Below, piece after piece: positions 18,242 through 27,152 of a DNA stretch of 47,938 nucleotides. The number at the start of each line of letters is the position of its first letter. Within the stretch, counting starts at the first letter, position 1. Under the pieces are notes generated by a model. The model had not been told where the DNA came from, did not search any database, and saw nothing but the letters and a program-made list of their open reading frames with translations. Where the stretch lies: contig CANRAQ010000002.1 in assembly GCA_947628725.1 (NCBI GenBank), positions 1 to 47,938 of the forward strand, given 5' to 3'. Both the position numbers and the translations under genes were made by a program. The DNA is from an uncultured Bacilli bacterium. GTDB taxonomy: Bacteria; Bacillota_I; Bacilli_A; RF39; UBA660.

Positions 18242-20530
18242 TTATACATTAACTTTAATCGATTTAATATTTATATTCTTATTTCCAATTAATATATCAT
18301 TTATTATTATAGGTTCAATAACCGTTTCTATTATTTTATCTATTTTACGCGCACCATATTCATTATAATTTGATAATTCTAATATTTCTTGTTTAATATT
18401 AGTATTTATTTTTATTTCTATATTTTTTAACTTATATTTGTGTTTCAAATCTTTTAATTTATTATCTATTATTTTTAACATATCATTATTGCTTAAGTAA
18501 TTAAAGTTAATTATATTATCTATTCTATTCATAAAAGCAACATCGAAATTTTCATTTAATTCTGTATTTTTAACATTTTTAAATCCTATACCTTTACTAT
18601 TAAATCCTAAATTAGTTGTCATTATTATAATGCAATTATTAAAATATATATATTCTCCTTTAGAATCTTTTAATTTACCATCATCTAAAATTTGATAAAA
18701 TAAATCTATTATAGAATTATGTGCTTTATCAATTTCATCTAATATTATTACTGAAAATGGGCTATCTTTTATGGTTTCAAATACATTTTTATTATCATCA
18801 TATCCCACATATCCTGCTGGTGAACCTATTAATTTACTTACAGAATGTGGTTCACTATATTCACTCATATCTAATTTTAATAAATTATTTGAGATTTTAT
18901 TAGAAAATATTTTAGCAAGTTTTGTTTTTCCTACTCCACTTGGTCCTGTAAATAATATAGAATAACAATTATTTTCATCTATTAGTCCTAATTTAATTCT
19001 CTTATATAATTTTATAAGTTCAGATATTGCCTTATCTTCTCCTATAATTTCTTTTTTAAGTTCTAATTCAAATTTATCTGTTTGTTTTGGATCATATGAA
19101 CTAAATTCATTTATAGGTACATTACTTTTTTCACTAACCACTTTTATAACATCTTCTTTTGTTATTATATTATTATCTGATTTTAAATTTAATTCTAATT
19201 TATTTAATTTAGACGCTATAACATTTTCCTTTTGTTTATAAGAAGATGCTTTTTTATAGTCTTTTTTTAATAAACAATCTTTCTTTATTTTTAATATTTC
19301 TTTTAATTCATTATTAAGTGAATTATATTTTTTTTCATTCTTATTTTCTTTTAAGGCTACATGAGCGCACACTTCATCCAAAATATCTATAGCCTTATCT
19401 GGTTGTTTACGCGTTTTTATATATTTATCTGAAAGTTCTACTATAAGATTAATTATTTCTTCATTTATTATAGTTTTATGAAATTTAGAATATGTATCTG
19501 CAAGTTTCATTAAAATATCTTTTGTAACTTCTAATGTTGGTTCTTTTATATCCACCCTTTGAAATCTTCTATCTAATGCCTTATCATCTATTATAAATTT
19601 TTTATATTCTGATGTGGTTGTTGCGCCTATCAATCTCATTTTATTTCTAGCAAGTGCAGGTTTAAATATATTGGATGCATCTATTGCGCCTTCTGCACCA
19701 CCTGCCCCTACTAAAGTATGAATTTCATCTATAAATAATATAATATCATCATTTTCTTCTAATTCTTTAAGTATTTTATTTAATCTTTCTTCGAACTCTC
19801 CTCTATATTTAGTTCCTGCTACAGTCGAAGACATATCTAAACTAATTATTCTTTTATTTTTTAATGCATTAGGTACTTCTCCTATAGTTATAAGCCTACT
19901 TAATTCTTCAACTATAGCAGTTTTACCTACCCCTGCATCGCCTATTAATATAGGATTATTTTTCTTTCTTCTACATAGAATTTCTATTATCCTTTTTATT
20001 TCTTTATCTCTTCCAACTACTGGATCTATTTCTTCATTTAATGCTTTTTTATTTAAATCTATTCCTAATTCTTCTACTATCAGTTTTTTGTTTTTACCTT
20101 TTTTTACTGGTATTTTATATGAAAATTCATGATATAAATCATTGACATCTATATTCATGCCTATCAATATTCTAATTGCTACACCCTCACCTTCTTCTAG
20201 TAAAGATGAAAAAAGATGAGATATAGTTACATTTCCATTGTTATTTTCTTTACTATCATATATTGCATTTTCTAATACTCTTTTTAATAAAGGTGTATAT
20301 AAAAAATACTCTACTTCTTTTTTACCAATTCCAACTATATTAATTATTTCTTTTCTAAAGGTTTCGTAAGTTAAATCAAATTCTTTTAATCTACTGCTTA
20401 TCTCATTATCATCCTTAAGTATGGCCATCATTAGATGTTCACTTCCAACATAAGGATGTTTTAATTTTTTCATTTCTTCTTTGGCACTCATAAGTATTTT
20501 TTTAGCTTCTTCAGTAAAACTATTATACAT
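18242..20530 (-). CDS. ClpC/ClpA-like AAA+ chaperone ATPase (two nucleotide-binding domains)
   Basis: Clp_N repeat (YVGSEHLMMAIL), NBD1 GDAGVGKTAIVEEL and NBD2 GPSGVGKTKLAK. Good RBS AGGAGGG. Confidence 0.85.
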   Translation of the reverse strand: MYNSFTEEAKKILMSAKEEMKKLKHPYVGSEHLMMAILKDDNEISSRLKEFDLTYETFRKEIINIVGIGKKEVEYFLYTPLLKRVLENAIYDSKENNNGNVTISHLFSSLLEEGEGVAIRILIGMNIDVNDLYHEFSYKIPVKKGKNKKLIVEELGIDLNKKALNEEIDPVVGRDKEIKRIIEILCRRKKNNPILIGDAGVGKTAIVEELSRLITIGEVPNALKNKRIISLDMSSTVAGTKYRGEFEERLNKILKELEENDDIILFIDEIHTLVGAGGAEGAIDASNIFKPALARNKMRLIGATTTSEYKKFIIDDKALDRRFQRVDIKEPTLEVTKDILMKLADTYSKFHKTIINEEIINLIVELSDKYIKTRKQPDKAIDILDEVCAHVALKENKNEKKYNSLNNELKEILKIKKDCLLKKDYKKASSYKQKENVIASKLNKLELNLKSDNNIITKEDVIKVVSEKSNVPINEFSSYDPKQTDKFELELKKEIIGEDKAISELIKLYKRIKLGLIDENNCYSILFTGPSGVGKTKLAKIFSNKISNNLLKLDMSEYSEPHSVSKLIGSPAGYVGYDDNKNVFETIKDSPFSVIILDEIDKAHNSIIDLFYQILDDGKLKDSKGEYIYFNNCIIIMTTNLGFNSKGIGFKNVKNTELNENFDVAFMNRIDNIINFNYLSNNDMLKIIDNKLKDLKHKYKLKNIEIKINTNIKQEILELSNYNEYGARKIDKIIETVIEPIIINDILIGNKNINIKSIKVNV

Positions 20531-20578
20531 ATTTTCCCTCCTTTATATTCTATTCTATAATGTATAAAAATAATTTAT

Positions 20579-20752
20579 TTATTCATCATAAATTATCATA
20601 GCGCTAAAACAATAGATTTGTTCTCCTCCACTTACACTAATAGATGTTTGATATTTTATATCAAATATATCTATATTTTTTCCACTTAAAAACTTATTTA
20701 CACTCTTTTCTAAATCGAGTTCGTGAGACTCATCAAATAATTTTACCTTCAT
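20579..20752 (-). CDS. cse60: Sporulation protein Cse60 family (57 aa)
   Basis: Hand translation gives MKVKLFDESHELDLEKSVNKFLSGKNIDIFDIKYQTSISVSGGEQIYCFSAMIIYDE, which matches the Cse60 pattern (KLFDE.HE.DLE..VN.FL....I.DIKYQ......EQIYCFSA.I.Y). Below the track cutoff. Confidence 0.7.
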   Translation of the reverse strand: MKVKLFDESHELDLEKSVNKFLSGKNIDIFDIKYQTSISVSGGEQIYCFSAMIIYDE

Positions 20753-20803
20753 AAAAAAATCACCACTATAATTTTAATAGTGATGATTATATTTTTTTGT
20801 CGA

Positions 20804-22024
20804 TTAATATCTAGTAGTTCTATTTGAGAACCATACCCCATAAGCAGGTATATTTAATACATTTCTTGGATTAAAACTTTTGGCAGTAAATTTAGTATAA
20901 AATCCAGCACCTGCAGGTATATTAGTATAGGCAAATTGAATATGTAAGTGTGTTCCTGTTGAACATGTATCCCATGTTTCATATCTAGGATTTCCACCCA
21001 CTGTACCTATTACAGTATCTTTTGTAACAATATCTCCTACATTAACTCTAACGCTACCTAGATGAAAATATCCAGTTGTATACTTAGTTCCATTTATATT
21101 GTGATGAATATAAATCATATTACCGCCACAATTTGATTTATATGTTATATATGCAACTCTACCGCTTGCCATAGCATATACATTTGCCCCATGTCCAGAG
21201 CCTGCTATATCCATTCCATAGTGCATCATTGCATATCCCCAAGGATAATATATTCCGTAGTTTGCTGAAACTGATCCACTAATAACAGGTCTATAAAATG
21301 CTGTATCTGGAGGTAAGACGCTCGCACCACATGTATTTATATCCTCATCTAATTTACATTTATATGTATCCTCATATAATGAAATCATTTTTTTCATAGA
21401 CTTGATATCATCTTCTATACTTACATTTTCATCCAATATCTCACCTAATTGGCTTCCAAGAGAATCTAGTTCTTTTTGTAACTCTTTTTGTTTTTCATTA
21501 AGTGATACCTTTTTTGCATTTAAGTCTTTAGTTTTTTGTTCATTTTCTTTTATTTTATTATTATATTCATCAATTAATTTATCATTATAATCTGTTAATT
21601 GTTCCGTTATTGCCATTCTATATATAAAATCTGAAAAATCTTTTGCTGCAAATATATATTCCAAATATTCAGATTCTCCACTAGATAATTGATAATAATT
21701 TATTATTTCTTTTATTTGTTTTTCCTTTTCTTTTATCTCTTCACCTAATGTTTCTATCTCTTGTGTAAGTTTAGTTATCTCTTCCCCAATATTTACTATC
21801 TCTAAATTGATAGATGAAATTGTATTTTTCTTATTTTGTATTTCTTTTTCTGTCAGTTTTTTCTTATCATTAGATTCTTCTAATTCTTTTTCCTTCTCTG
21901 CAAGTTCATTTTTTAAATCTCTTAAAGTCTTTGCCTCGACTACTCTACTTGAAGGTATGTAAAAATTAAAAATAATTAATAAAATAACTAGTAAAAATAA
22001 AGTTAATTTTTTTATATTTTTCAT
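20804..22024 (-). CDS. M23 family metallopeptidase with N-terminal signal anchor and long coiled coil
   Basis: HYGMDIAG and GTHLHIQF zinc motifs, with a Glu/Lys-rich coiled coil. Confidence 0.85.
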   Translation of the reverse strand: MKNIKKLTLFLLVILLIIFNFYIPSSRVVEAKTLRDLKNELAEKEKELEESNDKKKLTEKEIQNKKNTISSINLEIVNIGEEITKLTQEIETLGEEIKEKEKQIKEIINYYQLSSGESEYLEYIFAAKDFSDFIYRMAITEQLTDYNDKLIDEYNNKIKENEQKTKDLNAKKVSLNEKQKELQKELDSLGSQLGEILDENVSIEDDIKSMKKMISLYEDTYKCKLDEDINTCGASVLPPDTAFYRPVISGSVSANYGIYYPWGYAMMHYGMDIAGSGHGANVYAMASGRVAYITYKSNCGGNMIYIHHNINGTKYTTGYFHLGSVRVNVGDIVTKDTVIGTVGGNPRYETWDTCSTGTHLHIQFAYTNIPAGAGFYTKFTAKSFNPRNVLNIPAYGVWFSNRTTRY

Positions 22025-22656
22025 TCTCTCATCTCTTTTCTTATCTTTTTATAATTAGGACAATATTTTTCTACTAAATTCCAAAAATTCTTTGAATGAT
22101 TGAAATGTATTATATGTGATAATTCATGAATAATAACATAATCTATTTTATCTATATCAAATTCTATTAATTTAGAATTTAAAGTTATAGTATGATTTTT
22201 TCTATTATATACTCCATACCTTGTTTTCATAGTTCTTATCTTTAATATTGGAGATTTTATTTGTTCATGAAAATGATTGAATACATAAACATATCTTTCA
22301 TCAAATACTCTAATAGTTTCTTCCTTGTACCACTTATTTAACATATTCATGTCTTTGGTATATATATTATTTTTATCTAAATATACTTTTTGTATATTAC
22401 TATCAATAATTATATCATACATTTTACCTAAATAAAAAAATCTATTATCATCATCTTTCTTTTTTTTAATGTGTTCTATCATTTTTCTAATACTGTTAAT
22501 ATTTTCTTCTAGTATCCTATTTATCTCATTTTTCGTTGTAAAATAATTACAAGAAACATGTATTTTCATATCATCTTTTACTCTTATATATAAGTTTTTA
22601 TTGTTCTTTTTTTCTATAACTACATCATATTCTATACCATCTAATAAAAACTTCAT
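22021..22656 (-). CDS. YgjP-like (DUF45/M48-type) metal-dependent hydrolase
   Basis: HELSHIIHFNHSKNFW HExxH motif near the C-terminus. Confidence 0.75.
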   Translation of the reverse strand: MKFLLDGIEYDVVIEKKNNKNLYIRVKDDMKIHVSCNYFTTKNEINRILEENINSIRKMIEHIKKKKDDDNRFFYLGKMYDIIIDSNIQKVYLDKNNIYTKDMNMLNKWYKEETIRVFDERYVYVFNHFHEQIKSPILKIRTMKTRYGVYNRKNHTITLNSKLIEFDIDKIDYVIIHELSHIIHFNHSKNFWNLVEKYCPNYKKIRKEMRE

Positions 22657-22706
22657 TTTACCACCTTAATAATTATAACATAAAAATGAGTTCAATTTAA
22701 ACTCAT

Positions 22707-23378
22707 TTAAGTATTTTTATTTTTATCTTTAAAAAATTTATTAGTTATCAAATATGGAAATAACATATTTAATACTTTTTTCTCTTTTACTTTTTTATTT
22801 AAATCTAGTTTTAAATTTTCTAAATTTATTATTTGATTAATATTTTTAGAATATTTTTTTACTCTATTAGATAATAAAACTGATGCATAAAAATCGATGG
22901 AAAAAATTCCCACAAATACTCCAAAAAGAATTAAACATATTCTATTATATATGAGTACTTTTATAATATTATCTAAATATGGAAAAACAAAATTATAAAA
23001 AATAAGTGTTAAAAATCCCCATATCAATGAATATTGTAAACAAATATAACCTTTAAAATTAAAATCATATGATGAATAATCCCATAATCTTAGTTTAAAA
23101 ATTTTAAGCAATATCACACCTGCAATTAGTTCAAGTATGCTTAATAAAATTAATCCTAATATAAATATGGCTACTGTTTTATATCTAAAATCCATTTTAC
23201 AAAGAATATTGCATAGTAGATCTAATATAACTGCTCCAAAACCATATAACGGTACTACACATCCATTCATAAAACCTGGATTTATTATTTTTTTGCTTTT
23301 AAGTGCCCTATAAATCAATTCCAAAAACCAACCTATAATTGAAAATATACAAAATATAAATAAATATTTTAAAATCAT
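22707..23378 (-). CDS. Polytopic membrane protein (putative ABC-transporter type IV/CmpB-like family)
   Basis: Six or more hydrophobic helices. The LELIYRAL...PGFMNGCVVPLYGFGAV N-terminus resembles PF06541-type proteins. Confidence 0.45.
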   Translation of the reverse strand: MILKYLFIFCIFSIIGWFLELIYRALKSKKIINPGFMNGCVVPLYGFGAVILDLLCNILCKMDFRYKTVAIFILGLILLSILELIAGVILLKIFKLRLWDYSSYDFNFKGYICLQYSLIWGFLTLIFYNFVFPYLDNIIKVLIYNRICLILFGVFVGIFSIDFYASVLLSNRVKKYSKNINQIINLENLKLDLNKKVKEKKVLNMLFPYLITNKFFKDKNKNT

Positions 23379-23390
23379 AATAATTCCTCT

Positions 23391-24215
23391 TTACTTATCA
23401 TAATTATCTAAAAATGTATTGTATTTACCATCTTTGGTATAACCTAATATGCAATTAAAATTAACATTATCAGCGCTTTTAAATATATTATGTTCTACAT
23501 TTTTATTTACTTTTTTTAACTCACTTATTAATTTTTTTACTTCTTTTCTTTTACTATTATTTTCATCTATTTTGGATTTTTCTGTAAATTTACATGCACA
23601 ATTTAAAAATTGTAAACCATTATATTTTTTCCAAGATATTATATCATTTTCACTCACTAAATAAAGTGGTCTAATAAGTTCTAATCCTTCAAAGTTTGTA
23701 CTATGTAATTTTGGCATCATAGTTTTAAATTCTGCACCATATAACATTGAAAGCAAAGTAGTTTCTATTACATCGTTAAAGTGATGCCCTAACGCTATTT
23801 TATTGCATCCTAACTCTTTTGCCTTATTATACAAAAATCCCCTTCTCATTCTTGCACATAAATAACATGGGCTTTCTTTAGAAATATTATCTACTACATC
23901 AAATATATCACTTTCAAATATTTCAATAGGTATATCCATAATATCTGCATTTTTCTTTATGAGTTCAATATTTGAATCTTTATATCCTGGATTCATAACG
24001 ACATAGTGTGCGTCAAATTTAAATTTACCATGTCTAATTAATTCTTGGATACATTTAGCAAGTAAAAATGAATCTTTACCTCCACTTATACATACCATGA
24101 TATTATCATTTTCTTTGATTAGTTTATACTCTTGAATTGCTTTAACAAATTTACTCCATATTTCTTTTCTATATTTTTTTATTATGCTTTTTTCTATTTC
24201 TTTATAATCGTTCAT
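23391..24215 (-). CDS. ttcA: PP-loop ATPase, tRNA 2-thiocytidine synthase TtcA-like
   Basis: SGGKDS PP-loop and the CYLCARMRRG cysteine motif. The ATG at 24215 follows GGGTGG; the track start is a TTG. Confidence 0.75.
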   Translation of the reverse strand: MNDYKEIEKSIIKKYRKEIWSKFVKAIQEYKLIKENDNIMVCISGGKDSFLLAKCIQELIRHGKFKFDAHYVVMNPGYKDSNIELIKKNADIMDIPIEIFESDIFDVVDNISKESPCYLCARMRRGFLYNKAKELGCNKIALGHHFNDVIETTLLSMLYGAEFKTMMPKLHSTNFEGLELIRPLYLVSENDIISWKKYNGLQFLNCACKFTEKSKIDENNSKRKEVKKLISELKKVNKNVEHNIFKSADNVNFNCILGYTKDGKYNTFLDNYDK

Positions 24216-24286
24216 ATTACCACCCAAAATTAATTGATTTACATATTTAATTTTTATTTTTTAATATATTTACATCAACAATATAA

Positions 24287-24594
24287 TTATATCATATTTA
24301 TGTAAAGATTAATTAAACAAAATAAAAGAATTATATAGGTAATTCTTGATAACTTTAAATAATATTTAATTTTTAAATTATTAAATATATCTAAATATTT
24401 ATCGATTGAAATACTAGGAAAACCACACTTTAATACATCATTAGTTAAATTAGTTAATTTAAGAGTTGTGATCTTACTTATATTTTTTTTGCATATTCAT
24501 CAATAAATATATAAAACTTACTACTTTCAAATAAATACATCTTACTACTATCATCTTTTTTTAACTTTAAATATTTATCATGCAACTTACTCAT
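24287..24594 (-). pseudogene. Small MutS domain-I-like gene disrupted by a frameshift in an A8 tract
   Basis: MSKLHDKYLKLKKDDSSKMYLFESSKFYIFIDEYAKKI* stops at the T8 run (24483-24490, + strand). The +1 frame continues NISKITTLKLTNLTNDVLKCGFPSISIDKYLDIFNNL, resembling the MutS mismatch-binding domain pattern (LF..G.FYE.F..DA...LT....G.P....YL). Confidence 0.4.
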
Positions 24595-24611
24595 ATAACC
24601 ACCTTCTTATC

Positions 24612-24646
24612 AAAAAAAAGGTAATAGAAAATTAGAATCTACTACC
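24612..24646 (-). terminator. Intrinsic terminator downstream of the pilin-like/lectin gene
   Basis: Stem ggtaataga/tctactacc (8 of 9 bp) followed on the minus strand by T8. Confidence 0.55.
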
Positions 24647-24794
24647 TTTCATATGTTCTCATTTTCATCATTTTACTACTCACAAGAACCATACTATTTA
24701 TGTGTTTATTTAGCCTAATCGCTAAATAGGAATTAAACTTCTACTATAAACCGTACTGAATATAATCCTTAAACTATATTAACTGACAGAAGTT

Positions 24795-26375
24795 TTACTT
24801 ACTTATTGTAGTTGGAACAAGAACGACACGGAACGAATCGCGGTCGACACTAACACCACTGTAGTAGAAGGAGCAGAACACGCCCGCACGGGTGCCATCG
24901 GCATAGTACCCACCACGACTGAACCAAGGGCTACCAGAATAAACAAAGTTAGCGTTATCTCCATACCATTCTGCTGTCTCACCTAATGCATGTCCTTTGC
25001 ATTCTTTATCTTTATCTGTATTTGTATTTGTACATTTAGAGTAAGAATCTACCATATATTTATCATAATATTTTGCATTATCAGGAAGAGTAAACCATGT
25101 TGCATCAACCCCTGAACTTGATACTGTATTATTGTAGTTACCCATTACTCTTTCAGCTGCTCCTCCACTTATATCATATATTCCATATATTGTCCCTGTT
25201 GTACTTGCTTTTTGCCCTTTTTCTGTTTCATATGTATTTGTTGTACATGTTGTTTCAGATGAACCTGCATTTGCTGTATCTCCTGCTATTCCTGTAATAT
25301 AGTTACTACAATTATTTATATAAACTTCTTCTTGGTCTTTTCCATATTTTCCATATTTTGATTGAGATAAGTACGCTACTGCTCCCCATTCTCTATTTTT
25401 CATCAGATGACTATCTACACCTTTTATATAATTATCAAATTTTTTTGCCGTAGCAAATTGATTAACAATTTGTTGATATCTTAATGATATTACATTTGGT
25501 AGTATATATGGGTCTTGATTAGCATTATTACAATTAGTTTCACTTGCTGATGTATAACATGTACTAGTTTTATCTGCACTTGTTTCAAATTTTGCTACCC
25601 ATATTCCATCAAGTTCATCATCCCCAAATGTAAATGCGGGATGTATTGTATAACCTTCTGTTGCATTTGTTCCTGTTCCACTTATAAAGTTTACTGATAT
25701 TTCTTGTTCTTTTGTTCCCATTTTATATTCATATCTTGGTATCCATACAAACATTGCTCTTACATCTGTATCTAGGTTTAATGCTTGACCTTCTGACTTT
25801 GCCTTTCCTGCATCTGTTAATATTACTGCATTTGCCCAATTATATTGTGAATAGTCATACCATTCTTTAGATGTATCTGCTATAACCCATGCATTATCTT
25901 TATATAGTACTGGTGTCATTCCTGATAATTCTGGAGTATTTGCTCCACTATTATCTTTATATACTTCTTCTGTTTTTGTTCCATCTTTTATTTTTAGGTT
26001 GCCTTTTTCATCTGTTTCTAATACTACATCTTTATATGTTAAGTCTTCTACTTTCTTTACTATTCCCCTATCAAATGTTATAGTTCCATCTGTTGGTTTT
26101 TCCCCATCTACTTCTACTACTAATTCTTCTCCATCACAAAGTAGATTTCCATTACTTTGTACTTCACATGTTGTTGGATTAAAATCTTCACTTATATTTT
26201 TTCTTGCTATTGCTTGTTCTACTGCATCTAAATATAGTTCACCTTTTCTTAAACTACTTGATTCTTTTGCATTATTTATTATGTTTAATATTATTGGTAC
26301 TGCTATTAGGGCTATTATTGCAAGTATTACTATTACTGCTAATAACTCTATTAATGTAAAACCTCTATTTTTCAT
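24795..26375 (-). CDS. Type IV prepilin-like N-terminus fused to an FGE-sulfatase/C-type-lectin-fold domain
   Basis: MKNRGFTLIELLAVIVILAIIALIAVP (G|FTLIE methylation motif). The C-terminal half has GIYDISGGAAERV and RGG...FRVVLV, like FGE-sulfatase family 'DMSGNVWEW' and 'RGGSW...GFR'. Confidence 0.8.
   Translation of the reverse strand: MKNRGFTLIELLAVIVILAIIALIAVPIILNIINNAKESSSLRKGELYLDAVEQAIARKNISEDFNPTTCEVQSNGNLLCDGEELVVEVDGEKPTDGTITFDRGIVKKVEDLTYKDVVLETDEKGNLKIKDGTKTEEVYKDNSGANTPELSGMTPVLYKDNAWVIADTSKEWYDYSQYNWANAVILTDAGKAKSEGQALNLDTDVRAMFVWIPRYEYKMGTKEQEISVNFISGTGTNATEGYTIHPAFTFGDDELDGIWVAKFETSADKTSTCYTSASETNCNNANQDPYILPNVISLRYQQIVNQFATAKKFDNYIKGVDSHLMKNREWGAVAYLSQSKYGKYGKDQEEVYINNCSNYITGIAGDTANAGSSETTCTTNTYETEKGQKASTTGTIYGIYDISGGAAERVMGNYNNTVSSSGVDATWFTLPDNAKYYDKYMVDSYSKCTNTNTDKDKECKGHALGETAEWYGDNANFVYSGSPWFSRGGYYADGTRAGVFCSFYYSGVSVDRDSFRVVLVPTTISK
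24814..24935 (-). other. Putative DGR variable region (VR) at the 3' end of the pilin-like/lectin gene
   Basis: On the coding strand I count only about a dozen A in ~120 nt, and well over half is G+C, within an AT-rich gene. There is a run of NNC codons (tac gcc ggc acc ttc tgc tcc tac gac). It encodes GGYYADGTRAGVFCSFYYSGVSVDRDSFRVV. Confidence 0.55.
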
Positions 26376-26468
26376 TTCTTTACTCCTCCTATATTTTACA
26401 TTAATATTATAATATTAATACAAAATAAAAACAAGTATTTTTTATTAATTTTACTATAGATTACTTTT

Positions 26469-26885
26469 TTATGTAAATAATTTTTTTAATAAATAATATA
26501 TAACATTTACAACCATAAAATTGCCTGTTTGCTGGTATAATAAAGTTTCACAACATACTTTACTTGCTTTTAAATAATCTTCATCATCTAAGCACATTAA
26601 TCTCCATACTTCTTGTGCAATTATTTTTCTAATTCTCATACTCTCTCCTTCACCACAACTTTAGTATTATTAACTGTATTATTTGTTGTTAATGTTGGAG
26701 CATATCCTAATTCTGAAAACAATCTTGATGATTGATAATACTTACTATAATTGTCAGTACCACATACTCCACCATTTTTGTATTTATCTAAATCTACTTC
26801 ATATCTTATTTCATCTGTATTTTTCTTCTTAAAAAATATTTTATTACCGATTCTTTTTATTTCACTATTTGTTAAATAATATTTT
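26469..26885 (-). pseudogene. Remnant of a DNA (cytosine-5) methyltransferase: TRD and motif IX-X region only, frameshifted
   Basis: Frame 1 reads ...SRLFSELGYAPTLTTNNTVNNTKVVVKERV*. Frame 2 reads MRIRKIIAQEVWRLMCLDDEDYLKASKVCCETLLYQQTGNFMVVNVIYYLLKKLFT*, which matches 'R.LT.RE..RL.GF.D......S....Y.Q.GN...V.V'. No N-terminal catalytic motifs are present. Confidence 0.6.
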
Positions 26886-26902
26886 TATGTACTTATTACA
26901 GT

Positions 26903-26929
26903 AAAAAAGAATATGTTTTTTCATATTCT
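26903..26929 (-). terminator. Intrinsic terminator downstream of tRNA-Arg
   Basis: Perfect 8-bp stem agaatatg/catattct with a T6 loop and a T-run on the minus strand. Confidence 0.6.
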
Positions 26930-27005
26930 CTTGTTTATATAATGTATTAATTATTGATATAACCTAAAACTTATTTAATTTTTAAATTTACATTACAACA
27001 TAAAC

Positions 27006-27082
27006 TGGTGTCCCCGATAGGACTCGAACCTACCACCTAAAGTTTAGGAAACTTTTGCTCTATCCTGATGAGCTACGGGGAC
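27006..27082 (-). tRNA. tRNA-Arg (anticodon CCU)
   Basis: The reverse complement GTCCCCGTAGCTCATCAGGATAGAGCAAAAGTTTCCTAAACTTTAGGTGGTAGGTTCGAGTCCTATCGGGGACACCA folds as a cloverleaf. It has a 7-bp acceptor stem, a TTCGAGT T-loop, anticodon loop TTCCTAA and an encoded CCA. Confidence 0.9.
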
Positions 27083-27152
27083 AAATAATTACATAATATA
27101 TTATAACATATTTTATAAAAAAGAAAATCCCTATAAAGAGATTTTAGTGTTA

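Noticed and set aside
24228-27005. A DGR template repeat, Avd or reverse transcriptase adjacent to the putative VR
   Set aside because: Both flanks are AT-rich with no second copy of the G+C-rich ~120-nt segment. No ORF in the window has RT motifs (e.g. YxDD). The VR call therefore rests on composition and fold context only.
27006-27082. tRNA-Arg as the att site of the flanking decayed element
   Set aside because: I did not spot a direct repeat of the tRNA 3' end elsewhere in the window, and the tRNA's own terminator lies between it and the methyltransferase remnant. The association is suggestive only.
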